Shown: piece after piece, positions 24,904-38,008 of the stretch
Numbering within the stretch: the first letter of the stretch is position 1
How the letters are laid out: every line of letters starts with the position of its first letter
NCBI RefSeq assembly: GCF_006345805.1
Contig: NC_043011.1
Span: 7,688,001-7,752,000 of the forward strand
Length of the DNA stretch: 64,000 nt
From: Octopus sinensis
Taxonomy: Eukaryota
Reading direction: 5' to 3'
The notes under the pieces: model-generated
What the model was told of the DNA's origin: nothing
Database searches by the model: none
Seen by the model: only the letters and a program-made list of their open reading frames with translations
Position numbers and translations under genes: made by a program

Positions 24904-25505
24904 GGCAACGAGCTGGCAGAATCGTTAGCACACCGGGCGAAATGCTTAGTGGTATTTCGTCTGTCTTTACGTTTTGAGTTCAAATTCCGCCGAGGTCGAT
25001 TTTGCCTTTCATCCTTCTGGGGTCGATTAAATAAGTACCAGTTACGCACTGAGATCGATATAATCGACTTAATCCATTTGTTTGTCCTTGTTTGTCCCCA
25101 TCTGTGTTTAGCCCCTTGTGGGTAGTAAAGAAATAAGAATCGCTAGCACGCCAGAACTGCTTAGCGGTATTTCGTCTGTCTTTACGTTCTGAGTTCAAAT
25201 TCCGCCGAGGTCGACTTTGCCTTTCATCCTTTCGGGGTCAATTAAATAAGTACCAGTTACGCACCGGGGTCGATATAATCAACTCAATCCGTTTGTCTGT
25301 CCTTGTTTGTCCCCTCTGTGTGTAGCCCCTTGTGGGTAGCAAAGAAATAGGTATTTCGTCTGTCTTTACCTTCTGAGTTCAAATTCCCTTTCCCTTTCAT
25401 CCTTTCCGGGTCGATGAATTAAGTACCAGCTGCGTACTGGGATCGATCTAATGGACTGGCCCCTTCCCCAAAAATTTTTGGGCCTTGTGCCTAGAGTAGA
25501 AAAGA
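24904..25505 (+). mobile_element. SINE family A trimer
   Basis: Three tandem B-box/core units; unit 2 starts about 25135, unit 3 about 25349 (ggtatttcg); ends with the 'ccttgtgcctagagtagaaaagaat' tail. Confidence 0.9.
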
Positions 25506-25600
25506 ATACTTTTTATAACGTACTTCCATTCTGTAATTTTCTTCGCTTTCCTTTGTTTTCCACTTCTTCCTCTGTCTCCCTCTATCCATCTCACCCCCAC

Positions 25601-25665
<65 letters not shown>

Positions 25666-25832
25666 TACGAAATTCAAAGAATATCATTACTAAAAGTAAT
25701 CGCTATTTCCAATGCGAAAGTATGTTCTAGCAGTGGTAGGGTTTAGTATTAAAAAACCAATAACATTAAACAGTATACAACGATATCCAATATTTAGCCA
25801 GTCTTACACAGTAGTTATATATATATACATAT

Positions 25833-25872
<40 letters not shown>

Positions 25873-25874
<2 letters not shown>

Positions 25875-25990
25875 GGAGTAACACATAAAGTGAAACAAGT
25901 GGAAAAAAGAGTACTCAAATACCAGTGGTGAGTAATATGCTTTATTTTAAGCAGCAGAATTTGTTGAATTTTCTGCTGCTTAAATAAAAG
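25873..25990. mobile_element. Short element in (TA)n with terminal 20-bp inverted duplication (possible Penelope-like end)
   Basis: ctttattttaagcagcagaa (25940-25959) vs ttctgctgcttaaataaaag (25971-25990); (TA)n on both sides. Confidence 0.45.
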
Positions 25991-25995
25991 TATAC

Positions 25996-26026
<31 letters not shown>

Positions 26027-26379
26027 ATATATGTAATATTTGGATTTAGTGATACATTTCCTTCATATATAATACCACTTATATATAACACATTCAGCCA
26101 TTATTCATACGAAATAATTAGCCGTACACACAACGTTGCTATATATCTTTAGTCTCGAATCCTGTATTCAATCAATCACATTTTATCATATATACAACGT
26201 CTAGCCATATACATTTAGTCAAACGACATTTAATCGTACTCGATATTTAATCATATATATTTAGTCATAAACATTCATTCATATATCAGTCATTTGTTTC
26301 GATAATATACTAAATCATACCCTACTGTCAGTCATCTACATTTAGTCATAAACAGCATATAGTTATTCGCAACACTTAA

Positions 26380-26585
26380 GGTGGGGAGTTGGCAGAACCG
26401 TAGCACGCCGGGCAAATTGCTTAGCAGGATTTCGTCTGTTCTGAGTTAAAATTCCGCCGAGGTCGATTTTGCCTTTCATTCTTTTGGGGTCGATAAATCA
26501 AGTACCAGTGAAACACTGAAGTCGATATAATCGGCTTGTCCCCCCACCACAAAAAAAAATTTCAGGCCTTGTGTCTTTAGTAAAA
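26380..26585 (+). mobile_element. SINE family A, diverged
   Basis: gagttggcagaaccg...gagttaaaattccgccgaggtcgattttgcctttc. Confidence 0.8.
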
Positions 26586-27578
26586 CGTATCGTTTCCAAC
26601 ATTTAATCCTTTTCGACATTTAGTCACATACTTTTAGTCATGCACAGTATTTAGTCACATTCAACATTTAATCCTACACAATATTCAATCATTCATCAGT
26701 CACATGTACCACATCTACTTACAAACTAAATCCAGCCGGCATTCAGTCAGAAACAACATCATATGCTACATTTTGTCATAAAAATTCATTCAATCGTGTT
26801 TCTCCGCCCCCGCAATCTCACCGCCCCTATTTCTGTATCTATTACTCTCTCCCTCTTTCTCTCCCTCTCAATCTTGAAATTCCGCCGAAGGGCAAAAACC
26901 TAGACAATCTGCTGTCTCTCTTTTTGCTTCATATACTGCCATCTTTGAAAGGGAATCCCTGCTAAGTTTCCTGACTCCAGCGGTCTCCAACTGTTCGAGT
27001 TGAGGGTCAACATACTTCAACGAGCCTACATGCAGTTATTTCCAGCCACCGTTGCACAAATCCACTCCCCCCCCCCCCAACAACAACACCAATAATAGCC
27101 TCTCTTCTTTTCACCCGCCATATTTCTCTCTCCCTACCATCCTCACACTATCGTTTTATTCTCGACCACTTCGCAACAAAAAAAGATAATTGCACTTATC
27201 CCTGTCATTTCGAACTTGATGGATTTGAATCCATGGATGCTTGTTTTCTTTCTTTCTTTCTTCTTTCCTTTCTTCATCTCGCTATCTATTTATCTATCTG
27301 TCTGTCTATTTATCCATCTGTCCATCCTTCTCTCAGTCTATCTACCCAGCCCTCCATCCACCAATTCGCTTATTTCTCTGTGCATCTCTATCTAAATCTA
27401 TCCGTCCATATATCTCTCTCTTCTGATTTATAAATTACATCGACGAAGAGAGAAAAAAAAACCTTTGGTAGATTGGAATCAATGAACGAACCTCTACCTG
27501 ATTGCCGGACCGGCAAGAAATAGCAACCAAGTTGTCCTCGAATTACACAATACTGTCTAACATTAACATATTTGTATG

Positions 27579-27648
<70 letters not shown>

Positions 27649-27649
27649 T

Positions 27650-28040
27650 CTGTGTGGTAAGTAGCTTGCTAACCAACCACATGGTTCCGGGTTCAGTCCC
27701 ACTCTGCGTGGCATCTTGGGCAAGTGTCTTCTGCTATAGCCCCGGCCGACCATGCCTTGTGAGGGGATTTGGTAGACGGAAACTGAAAGACGCTTGTCGT
27801 ATATATGTATATATATGTGTGTATGTGTGTGTTTGTGTGTCTGTGTTTGTCCCCCTAGCATTGCTTGACAACCGATGCTGATGTGTTTACGTCCCCGTCA
27901 CTTAGCGGTTCGGCAAAAGAGACCGATAGAATAAGTACTGGGCTTACAAAGAATAAGTCCCGGGGTCGATTTGCTTGACTAAAGGCGGTGCTCCAGCATG
28001 GCCGCAGTCAAATGACTGAAACAAGTAAAAGAATAAAAGA
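27650..28040 (+). mobile_element. SINE family B, near full-length, apparently young copy
   Basis: Near-identical to 21548-21990 apart from the internal microsatellite. Confidence 0.9.
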
Positions 28041-28394
28041 TATATATATATATAAATATAGATTAGTGGTACAACAAAACACCAATACTGGAAATAACAG
28101 TCGATACATTTACGATGCTATAGTAAAGCTTCACTGCGTATATAATGGCAAAGACGTGTGAGTGCAACAAACATGAAAATTTGTCTTATCTCTCGGAAGA
28201 ACATTCGATAAATGGACAACCCAGATCGGATATTAACACACACATACATGCTCACGCACACACATTATAAGCATTTTAAACATTAGATCGTGAAGGTGTC
28301 GAGGTTTTCTTATAAACATACATACACCATCATATTCAATTTTGTTTTCATTTCCCTATATTCTAAGTGGTATGTATATAATTTTATGAATGCT

Positions 28395-28517
28395 TGTACA
28401 TCTGTTTGTGTGTGTGTATGTGTCTGTCGGTCTGTCTATCTATCCATCAATCCATCTGTCCCTCCGACCGTCCGTCTGTCTGTCTGTCTGTCTGTCTGTC
28501 CATCCATCCATCCATCC

Positions 28518-28591
<74 letters not shown>

Positions 28592-28964
28592 AACATGGGG
28601 AACCATTAATCCAAGTATTTTTTCTTCTCCTACCTATTCTCTCTGTAGAAGAGCGTAGGCTCGAAACATGAAAGAATATATTTTTACAGAGCGTCAAACT
28701 AATACACCTTGCTTGTTGTTCCTTCGTCTGTCTGTCTTTTGTACAATTTTCAACCATATATACATACGTACATATATATATATATATATAAAACATAATA
28801 ACTTATAACTAGATCTCAAAATGTCTAAAATGAATGATCAATATATAATATTATATAATATAATAATATATATATATATATAATATATATAATATATTGT
28901 GTATATATATATATATGTATATATATAATGTATATATATATGTATATATATATATATATATATA

Positions 28965-29030
<66 letters not shown>
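28395..29030. repeat. Compound microsatellite (TG, TCTG, TCCA, TCTA, TA) interrupted at about 28590-28760
   Basis: Directly visible. Confidence 0.9.
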
Positions 29031-29033
<3 letters not shown>

Positions 29034-29319
29034 ACACCACATGCATGCACATTTTATTACACACAAATGTATACCCCCCTTATGGTACCTACTTTACATG
29101 GGAGGATTGCTATTGCATATGTCTGTTCGTCTTCTGACCGTCGGTAACTTCCTTCAGCCAAAAGACGGAAATACGTAGTCGAGGGTCTAACCTTGATATG
29201 TGACTGGTATCTCCAACAGCCCAACAGGTTCAGGGTCTCTCTTTCCAATAACTTTACGTCTTCTGGAAGGTTTTCCCTCGCAATGCCCCTAACTTTCCTG
29301 AAACCGTTAACTTACCTTT

Positions 29320-29780
<461 letters not shown>

Positions 29781-30383
29781 ATTCTTACAAATTTTAGATG
29801 TTTACAAGGCAAATTAATTTCCCCTAGGGGCAGATGCAGTGCAATTTTTTCATCGACATAGAAGTCAAAACCAATTTTAAAAATCTGAAAGAAGTTCAGT
29901 TTTAATGCCTTGCCCAATGGCATAATACACCGCAAATCTTTATCGGTCACCTTTTCTCTCTCGCCCTCTCTCTAGCTATATTTATACATACATATACACA
30001 TGTGTGTGTGTGTGTGTACATATATAGATATATATACATATATATGTGTGTGTGTGTGTAAATACATAGATATAAAACATCAGATGGACCGACTCTATCC
30101 TTTTATTCTTTTACTTATTTCATTCATTTGACTGCGTTCATGCTGGAGCTCCGCCTTTAGTTGAATAAATCGATCCCCGGATTTATTCCCTGTAAGCCTA
30201 GTACTTATTCTGTCGGTGTCTTTTTGCCGAACCGCTAAGTTACGGGGACGTAAACACATCAACATCGGCTGTCAAGCGATGGTAGGGAACAAAACACACA
30301 CACACCACACACTCCGCACACACACCCTCACACACACACACACACACACCACACACACACACACCACACACATTATATATATA

Positions 30384-30600
30384 TATTTATTATATAGAAG
30401 GAGCTTCTACAGGACTAGAACTGTTTCATTCAAGAGAAATCTCAGGAAGCCTGAACGAGTGGATAGGGCTTCCTGAAGATTTCTCTTGATGAAACAGTTC
30501 TAGTCCTGTAGAAGCTCCTTCTATATAATAAATAAATTTTACTCTGCTATGTATTGAGTACCTTATTTACTGTGGTAACCCCGAATCAACCCGGGACCTA
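30384..30600. mobile_element. Penelope-like/retrozyme-type terminal fragment with inverted duplication
   Basis: 68-bp arms 30384-30451 and 30467-30534 (one indel each), 15-nt spacer, unique extension to about 30600, (TA)n on both sides; carries the hammerhead motif. Confidence 0.55.
30466..30517 (+). ncRNA. Candidate minimal type I hammerhead ribozyme
   Basis: Stem I GGGCUUC(30466-72)/GAAGCUC(30511-17); core CUGAAGA (30473-79); weak stem II (30480-90); GAAA (30491-94); stem III ACAG/CUGU with loop UUCUAGUC; NUH triplet GUA, predicted cleavage after 30510. Confidence 0.7.
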
Positions 30601-30879
30601 CATATATATATATATATATATATAGCAGAAGACACTTGCTCAAGGTGCCACATAGTGAGACTGAACCCGGAACCATGTGGTTGAGAAGCAAGCTTCTTAC
30701 CCCACAGCCACTCCTGCGCCTATGTGAGTATTTACGACGGCGTTACACTGTATATTCTTAAGGGAATCCCTCTCTCCAGCTTCTCCCTGCTCTCTCCTTT
30801 TCTCTTTCCTTATTGGGTGAAGAAGGGCAGTTTCCGAAATGTTATAGCAGTCGACTTATTCCATTTTTCAGAGCGTTAC

Positions 30880-31080
30880 ACGCAGACATAGATATAGACA
30901 TATAATATATACACATACAGACATATGTATAAATACATGTAAATATATACGTGTGTGTATATATTTACATATGTATATATAAACATATATAATTATATTC
31001 ATTATTTATATACTATATATACGTATATATATATAATATATATATATATATAATATTATATATATATGTATGTATGTATG

Positions 31081-31130
<50 letters not shown>

Positions 31131-31208
31131 ACGTGTGTGTGTGTGCGTATCTGTGTGTATATATTCGAAAACGTATGTACATATGCAAGTGTATATAATA
31201 TGCACATA

Positions 31209-31290
<82 letters not shown>

Positions 31291-31326
31291 CACACATACA
31301 CAAAAAAACACACACACATACACACA

Positions 31327-31372
<46 letters not shown>

Positions 31373-31379
31373 CACATAC

Positions 31380-31432
<53 letters not shown>

Positions 31433-31500
31433 TATAACCTCACCCACATACACACTCCTACGCACATGTGTGCGTGTGTGTGTTTGACAGATTGTGCACG
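30880..31500. repeat. (TA)n/(TG)n/(CA)n compound tract
   Basis: Directly visible. Confidence 0.9.
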
Positions 31501-31699
31501 TGTGTCTTACCTTTTAGCTACTAGTTAAATGCAGAGACATCTAAGTCTGAAGTGCTTTGTCCAGGACCCAGAAAAACCGTAGAATTATTCCAGGGAGAAT
31601 ACGAACTCAGTAACCATTAGGTTTTGCGTTCGTATCCTGTGTCTGGCAAATATCTAGGAGAGTTCGAAACCCTATCCACTCGTTCATTGTGATATCTCG

Positions 31700-33290
31700 G
31701 TGGTGATTGTTAACTACCATCACCAACGAATACATCACCATCAAAAGCCATTAACAAACCATCAGCATTACCACCATCACCACCACGAAAACCACCACCA
31801 CCATCACCACCACCATCACCACAACCACCACCTCCACCACCTCCACCACCACCACCACCACCACCACCATCATCATCACCACCGCCGCCACCACCACCAC
31901 CACCACAACCATCACCACCACCATCACCGCCACCAAAACCACCATCATCACAATAACAGCCAGCAATACAATCAGTAACACCACCAAAACCACCGCCCCA
32001 CCACACCACCACCATAACGACCACCAATACCATCGCCAATACCATTATGAACATGACAAACCTCAAATCAGTGAAACGGACTTTACATGGTTTTTCGGCC
32101 TGCTAGAAATAGCAGCCAGTCAAGCTACTCCATCCTGTCTACCGCCGCCATCTGGACACTTCCAGTGACAGGTCTGGTCAATCGGGGTTGACCTGGGGTT
32201 AAACAACAGCATCAACAGCATGACAACCATAGCTCTCGTCAATATCACCATGGTAACCCTCGCGGTCAACCGTAATGGCAACCCATCAGCAACACATCCC
32301 ACTCCCCCCCAACACTCCTGTAATATATTTCAACGACACCAGCATGTCCACTGTTGCGAACCATCATCAACATCATCATGACCATCATCCTCATCATGAC
32401 CATCATCCTCATCATGTCCATCGTTGCTGCTACTCCCAACTCCACCAACATCACCATCCTTATTCCAGCATCGACTTCGATACCAACATCATCGCCATCA
32501 TCGCCACCACCAGAGCTACCACTACCACTATCACCGCCACCGCCACCACCACCACTACCATCAAAGCCACCAGCATGTCCACAACTGTAACACGTTCATC
32601 ATCGCCACCACCACCACCACCATCACCACCACCACCACCACCACCACCATCACTACCACCACCATTACCACTATCATCGCCATCACCACCACCACCACCA
32701 CCACTATCATCATCATCGGCATCATCATCATCATCAGCAGCAGCAGCAGCATCATCATCATCATCATTATCATCATCACCACCATTCCTACCATCATCAT
32801 CATATGCACAACTGTAACACGTTCACCACCTTCATCGCCACCATGATCACCACCATCACAACCAGCACCACCAGCACCACCACCGCCACCGCCACCACCA
32901 CCACCACCACCACGACTACCACCGTTTCACCACTACCACCACCATGTCCACGACTGTAACACAATTTCCATCATCGACGGCACCACCATCACCACGACCT
33001 CTACTGCAACACCGCCACCCTCATCTTCGCTGTCAAAGCCGCTAACAACATCAACAAACTGGCGCCCACGAATACACACACCACCTTGATGACCGCCATC
33101 AACCCCGCCACCACGTCATTCATGTCCAGTATTGTAACACCTTACACCGCCAGCATCATCCACCCCGCCTCATATGTCCTCTGTTATAACTCCCTCAACA
33201 TCAACGTCATGAACACCCCACCATCACCATGTGCACAGTTGTAACCATCTGATCATCCCCATAGCAACTACCATCCTCACAGCTCATGCA
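31700..33290. repeat. Degenerate (CAC/CAT)n trinucleotide region, about 1.6 kb
   Basis: Directly visible; gives poly-His/Thr/Pro ORF artefacts; family E relic inside at about 32095-32200. Confidence 0.9.
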
Positions 33291-34825
33291 TATGAACACG
33301 TATCTACCTTACATATACTCTACATAAATATACATACATATACATAGACCTATGTACGTACATACATGTCTATACATATACACATATCTACATAAACACG
33401 CATACATGCACACATATACATTCATACAGATTTATATACACACATATGTACATATACGTACTGAAACTTTACAAGAAAAAAATAAGCGGAAGAGTATAAA
33501 TATGCAAGTGTTTCTGGAGTGCAGCATGCAACACTTATCATTGAAGCTGTTCAAATTATGTCGATGGAGATTTGTTTGTGAGAAAACAACTTCCTTAGAG
33601 GAAGAATTCAAATAATTAAAAATACATATATCTTATATACAAGCATATATATAAGCAAACCTGTATGCATTATACATACATTCATATATACACACAATGT
33701 TAATTTGTCAAATTGCAACAGATCAAAGAAATGAAACAAAGAATTCGTGGTTCTTACAGAAAGAAAAATGTAAAAAAAAAGACGAAAAGCAAGATATTAC
33801 ATATACACATATATATGTATACATACATAATACATACATGCATACATATATATACATAGACACACACACGAATAAAAAAGAAATGTAAAAAAAACATAAT
33901 AATGGATTCTTGATCGCATCATGTGGATTTTTATGGATTACAGTACATATGACATAAATTGATGAACGTGGATTAATTATTGAGTTCGATCCCTTGGGGG
34001 TAAGTACATTTCATTAGATATTACTGCTCATTAAGATCTTTGTTAATATTAGATAAAACATTAATCGAATCTTTGCTAGACAAGCAAAGCACTAGTCGAG
34101 ATCTTAGTTAACGTTAGAGCACTAATCAAGGTTTTTTTTTATTATTAACATTAGATAAAACACAGTCGATGTATATTCAAATGTGAGCATCAGCTTTCTA
34201 TATGGTTTATTCAAAAGGATAGCCAGGCCCATGACTACTTTGTAGAGGCCCTCAGCGACCTGCGGGAGAGAAAAGGGAGAGATTTTGATGTTCTTTCACC
34301 AGAAACTTGATCCAAGTGCTTGCTAGAGAGTCAACTTCGATAAAACTATCCCAGGATCAGGTGGACGTACCAAACTGGGCAAAAATTCAGTTTAGCCTAC
34401 TACAAATGGAACGCATATAGGACATACAAAAGCCTGCCACTATCTTGGTTCCGCTTCCTCTATAGCTTGGGCAGACCGCCAACCATGGTGGAAGACATGT
34501 TCAAGGAACAATGCTGTGAGCTCGTACCTGAAACTATGACTGCGAAGCAAACTTTGTAACCATACAGATGTGCTCATGGCCAAAATTTCTGAGCCCAGTA
34601 TAATTTCTGCTGTATAAAGCCTGCTAAATGGGTGGTACAATAGATTTCCGTAGGGTCATATTTGGTATCGCACCGACACACGCATCTCATTTATCTGCTA
34701 ATTTGTATTGAGGTCTTTTGTTTTATCTCTGTCCTTAGGACTTTTACAAAATCATCGTATACAGGAATACATACATGAATACATTACATTCAGATATACA
34801 AGAATAAATATGTACAGAAATATAC

Positions 34826-34829
34826 ATGC

Positions 34830-34880
<51 letters not shown>

Positions 34881-35094
34881 CGCGCGTGCGTGCATTTATG
34901 TTTATGTTTGTGCATACACTTATATATAGTAACATACACACACGTATGTACACACTTATACACACACGTATATATACACACAAACATACACACACACACA
35001 TATATATATATATACAACAAACATACACACACATATATATATACACACATACACACACACACACATATATATATACACACATACACACACACAC

Positions 35095-35149
<55 letters not shown>

Positions 35150-35170
35150 ACACACATACATATATAAAAT
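34826..35170. repeat. (CA)n/(TA)n compound tract
   Basis: Directly visible. Confidence 0.9.
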
Positions 35171-35897
35171 CTATGCACATTTACATGCTCACAGGCAACA
35201 TGCTGGTGAATAAAATAGAGCAAAAGATCTATTGGGAAGCTGAAACTCGTGACCTAGTTTCGATTTTCAATTGAAGTCATTTCGTTTCACTACAAACGCT
35301 CAACAAGAGCAGCAAAAAGCCTCTTACATAACTTTCAATAATCATAAGGAGCGTATAAAGATGCAAATACGTTCCTTGAACGATGCTAGCATATATTGAA
35401 AATAATTGATTTTGTGGTTCCAGAAAACAGAATCCGCATTCGTATGTAACTCAGTAATTTGATGAAGCAATTCCCCTCTGAACCTTCTTAAATTTATGCA
35501 AGGAGTTTAAATTTAAGCGAGTGGTAAAAAAAGGCAATTAATTCATTAAAGATAACACTGTAGTCGCGATTACTATAGAGCTAATTTGATATTCTTTGAT
35601 TCATCAGAAAGGATTGCTAAATCTCTGTCAAATCACAGAACATAGGCTTAAAAGAGGGACATATTAGTCGGTTTGTTTCTAGATTTACTATGCCTCTAAA
35701 GGTAAAGAAGTGATGCCCATGGTTAGAGCTTATTTGTTCATAGGCCTTCAACAAAAAAATGAAGGTAATATCTGTTAATGCAGTCCTAAATATACTATGC
35801 CACCAATAATAAAGACATGATGGTCACAGAGTACCTTAGCTCATACGTCTGTCAGGTTTAGCATTATGTACTCAATAGTTTTGCACCTTGGGCAAAA

Positions 35898-36012
35898 GAG
35901 ACCGATAGAATAAGTAATAGGCTTACAAAGAATAAGTTCTGGGGTAAATTTGCTCGACTAAAGGTGGTGCTCCAGCATGACTGCAGTCAAATGACTGAAA
36001 CAAGTAAAAGAA
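35898..36012 (+). mobile_element. SINE family B 3' fragment
   Basis: ggcaaaagagaccgatagaataagta...gactgaaacaagtaaaagaat. Confidence 0.85.
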
Positions 36013-36059
36013 TACTCTTCTTACAAGATTTACAATTTTTCTCGAATTAAATGTTTAAG

Positions 36060-36101
<42 letters not shown>

Positions 36102-36960
36102 ATATTTGTGCATAAGATCCTCGAAATTTCCATTTAATAAAAACAACAAAATAAATCTTTTATAAAGACTCGATTGAATACGTTTGAGATATTATATCTT
36201 GGGTTAATCGTAGGATACCAAAGAAACCTTAGAATGGCAAAAGAATATGAAAAACGAACTCCATCATACGTTGAACAAAAAGTTTGCCAAAAGCTAAAGA
36301 TATTTCATAGATATATTTCCATAAATTAAAATTAAGGTATTTAGCTGTATGTCAGGATTTTGTCACTCTAATGTATGAACCTTTTGAATTATCGAGAAAT
36401 GAACTTTGAAACTCAGAAATAAGGTTTTCAAAGAGTAATAAAAAAAATCCAAATGTTAACGATATATTAACTGAAAAACCATGGATTCGTGTCCTGCTTT
36501 TCTGTCCTGCAATGCACCAATGGAATGGTGCAATTTAGCTCTTTAATTATTTATAATCATTACGCCAGAATTGACAACGTAGAATTTACCAATACAAGAA
36601 ATAAAAGAGCCGTGTAGCCCATGAGTATTTCGTTGATATACTATAGGCCAAGACTAAATCAATTCCCGTCTTAAGAATGAATTCTGTTTAGATATGTGGT
36701 CCCAAGACCTTAAATCTCTCCTAGGTTTATGACCTAAGCAAAACGACCTCAAGTGGGGCTTTTGTGTTCCAAGGGGTTTTGAAACTAAAGGATCCATTCT
36801 ATGAATAGGGACATTGTATTACTAGTTAATCGAGATTATGAGTTGCAAAAATATGTGATTAAAAATTTTGGATTGTTATAGTCTTAAAAATGCGCATTCA
36901 ACGATTTACGCAGAAGTATTTTGAATACACTTTCTGAATGTGTGTGCATGTGTATACATA

Positions 36961-37034
<74 letters not shown>

Positions 37035-37399
37035 AAGAGAGAGCGCTTGGTTTTGCTATTAAGTTCATTAAACAGTTTTGCCCTTATAAATGTATAAATG
37101 TTTGACCAAAATAACTAAAAAAAAAAAAAAAGAAAAACACCTATACATAAAAAAGCAAACAAATGTAAATGAAAAAACCTTACCTTACAAAACAAAGACC
37201 TCATAAATACATAGATCATAAGTTATCTTTGACTCCAATCGTAAATTGGAAATGTTGTCCAACTGTTATAATTCTTCTGTCTCCGTCATTTCAATTTTGT
37301 TTGTTTGTGTGTGTTTGTTAAAATATCACTTCCTTATCAAACCTTATTCTTTGCCATTCGTTCTAATTGGTCAATTGTTCATTGTGTCCATCTGTCATT

Positions 37400-37714
37400 G
37401 TCAAAACTAGCTAATATGGTAATCACGAAGAAAGTATAGCTTCGCTCCTCTCGGTCAGTTCAAATCCGATGGCCGGACAAACTAAAAATGAAATTGGGAC
37501 GTAAAGTGGCTGGGTTTTAATGTTATATAGGCGAGCTCTACCACCACTGGTCATAGAAAATTAGATCACGTGCTACTTTTAAACAAAAAAAAAAGATAGA
37601 CCAGCTAAAAAAAGATAACACAAAACAACATAGGTGGGGATATGGAGGAAAGTGGGAGTAAGAAAGAAAGAGAGAGAAGCAAAAAATATGGAGAAAGAGA
37701 GATACTAAGAGAGA

Positions 37715-37753
<39 letters not shown>

Positions 37754-38008
37754 AGAAAGTGAAAGTGAAAGAAGAAAGCTTGCCGGCCAATAGAAGTGTC
37801 GTCGAGGATAGGGGGGAGTCGAATACCCAGAATGCCTAGCGAAGGTCTGCCTATGTTGACTATGTCGTTACCCCCAAAGTGCTTTGTTTTTGACGGCCCA
37901 GTTCTTCATCCCCTTTGCTCTTTGTACCAAGTTGGACTTTGCAAGCTTGAAATGATTGTTAGTCATACTGAAGAGAACGTCAAACGGATTTTAAACATTA
38001 AGCCAGGT
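37400..38008 (+). promoter_or_regulatory. Possible promoter and non-coding first exon
   Basis: CACGTG E-box near 37567, GA repeat, CCAAT near 37787, locally higher CpG, donor-like CAG|GTAGGA at 38007, T-rich + strand downstream; inference only. Confidence 0.25.

Larger units (their letters stand above)
30100..30722 (-). mobile_element. SINE family B interrupted by the hammerhead fold-back element
   Basis: 3' half at 30100-30300, head at 30622-30722; the segment normally between the CORE-like part and the microsatellite is missing. Confidence 0.75.

Noticed and set aside
26975-27020. hAT/Charlie-like terminus (cagcggtctccaac)
   Set aside because: No matching second end or 8-bp TSD found.
31700-32846. 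His-, Pro- and Thr-rich ORFs resembling low-complexity proteins
   Set aside because: Degenerate CAC/CAT repeat with no splice or domain support.
34200-34700. GC-richer island, possible exon or TE fragment
   Set aside because: Stops in all frames and no motif recognised.
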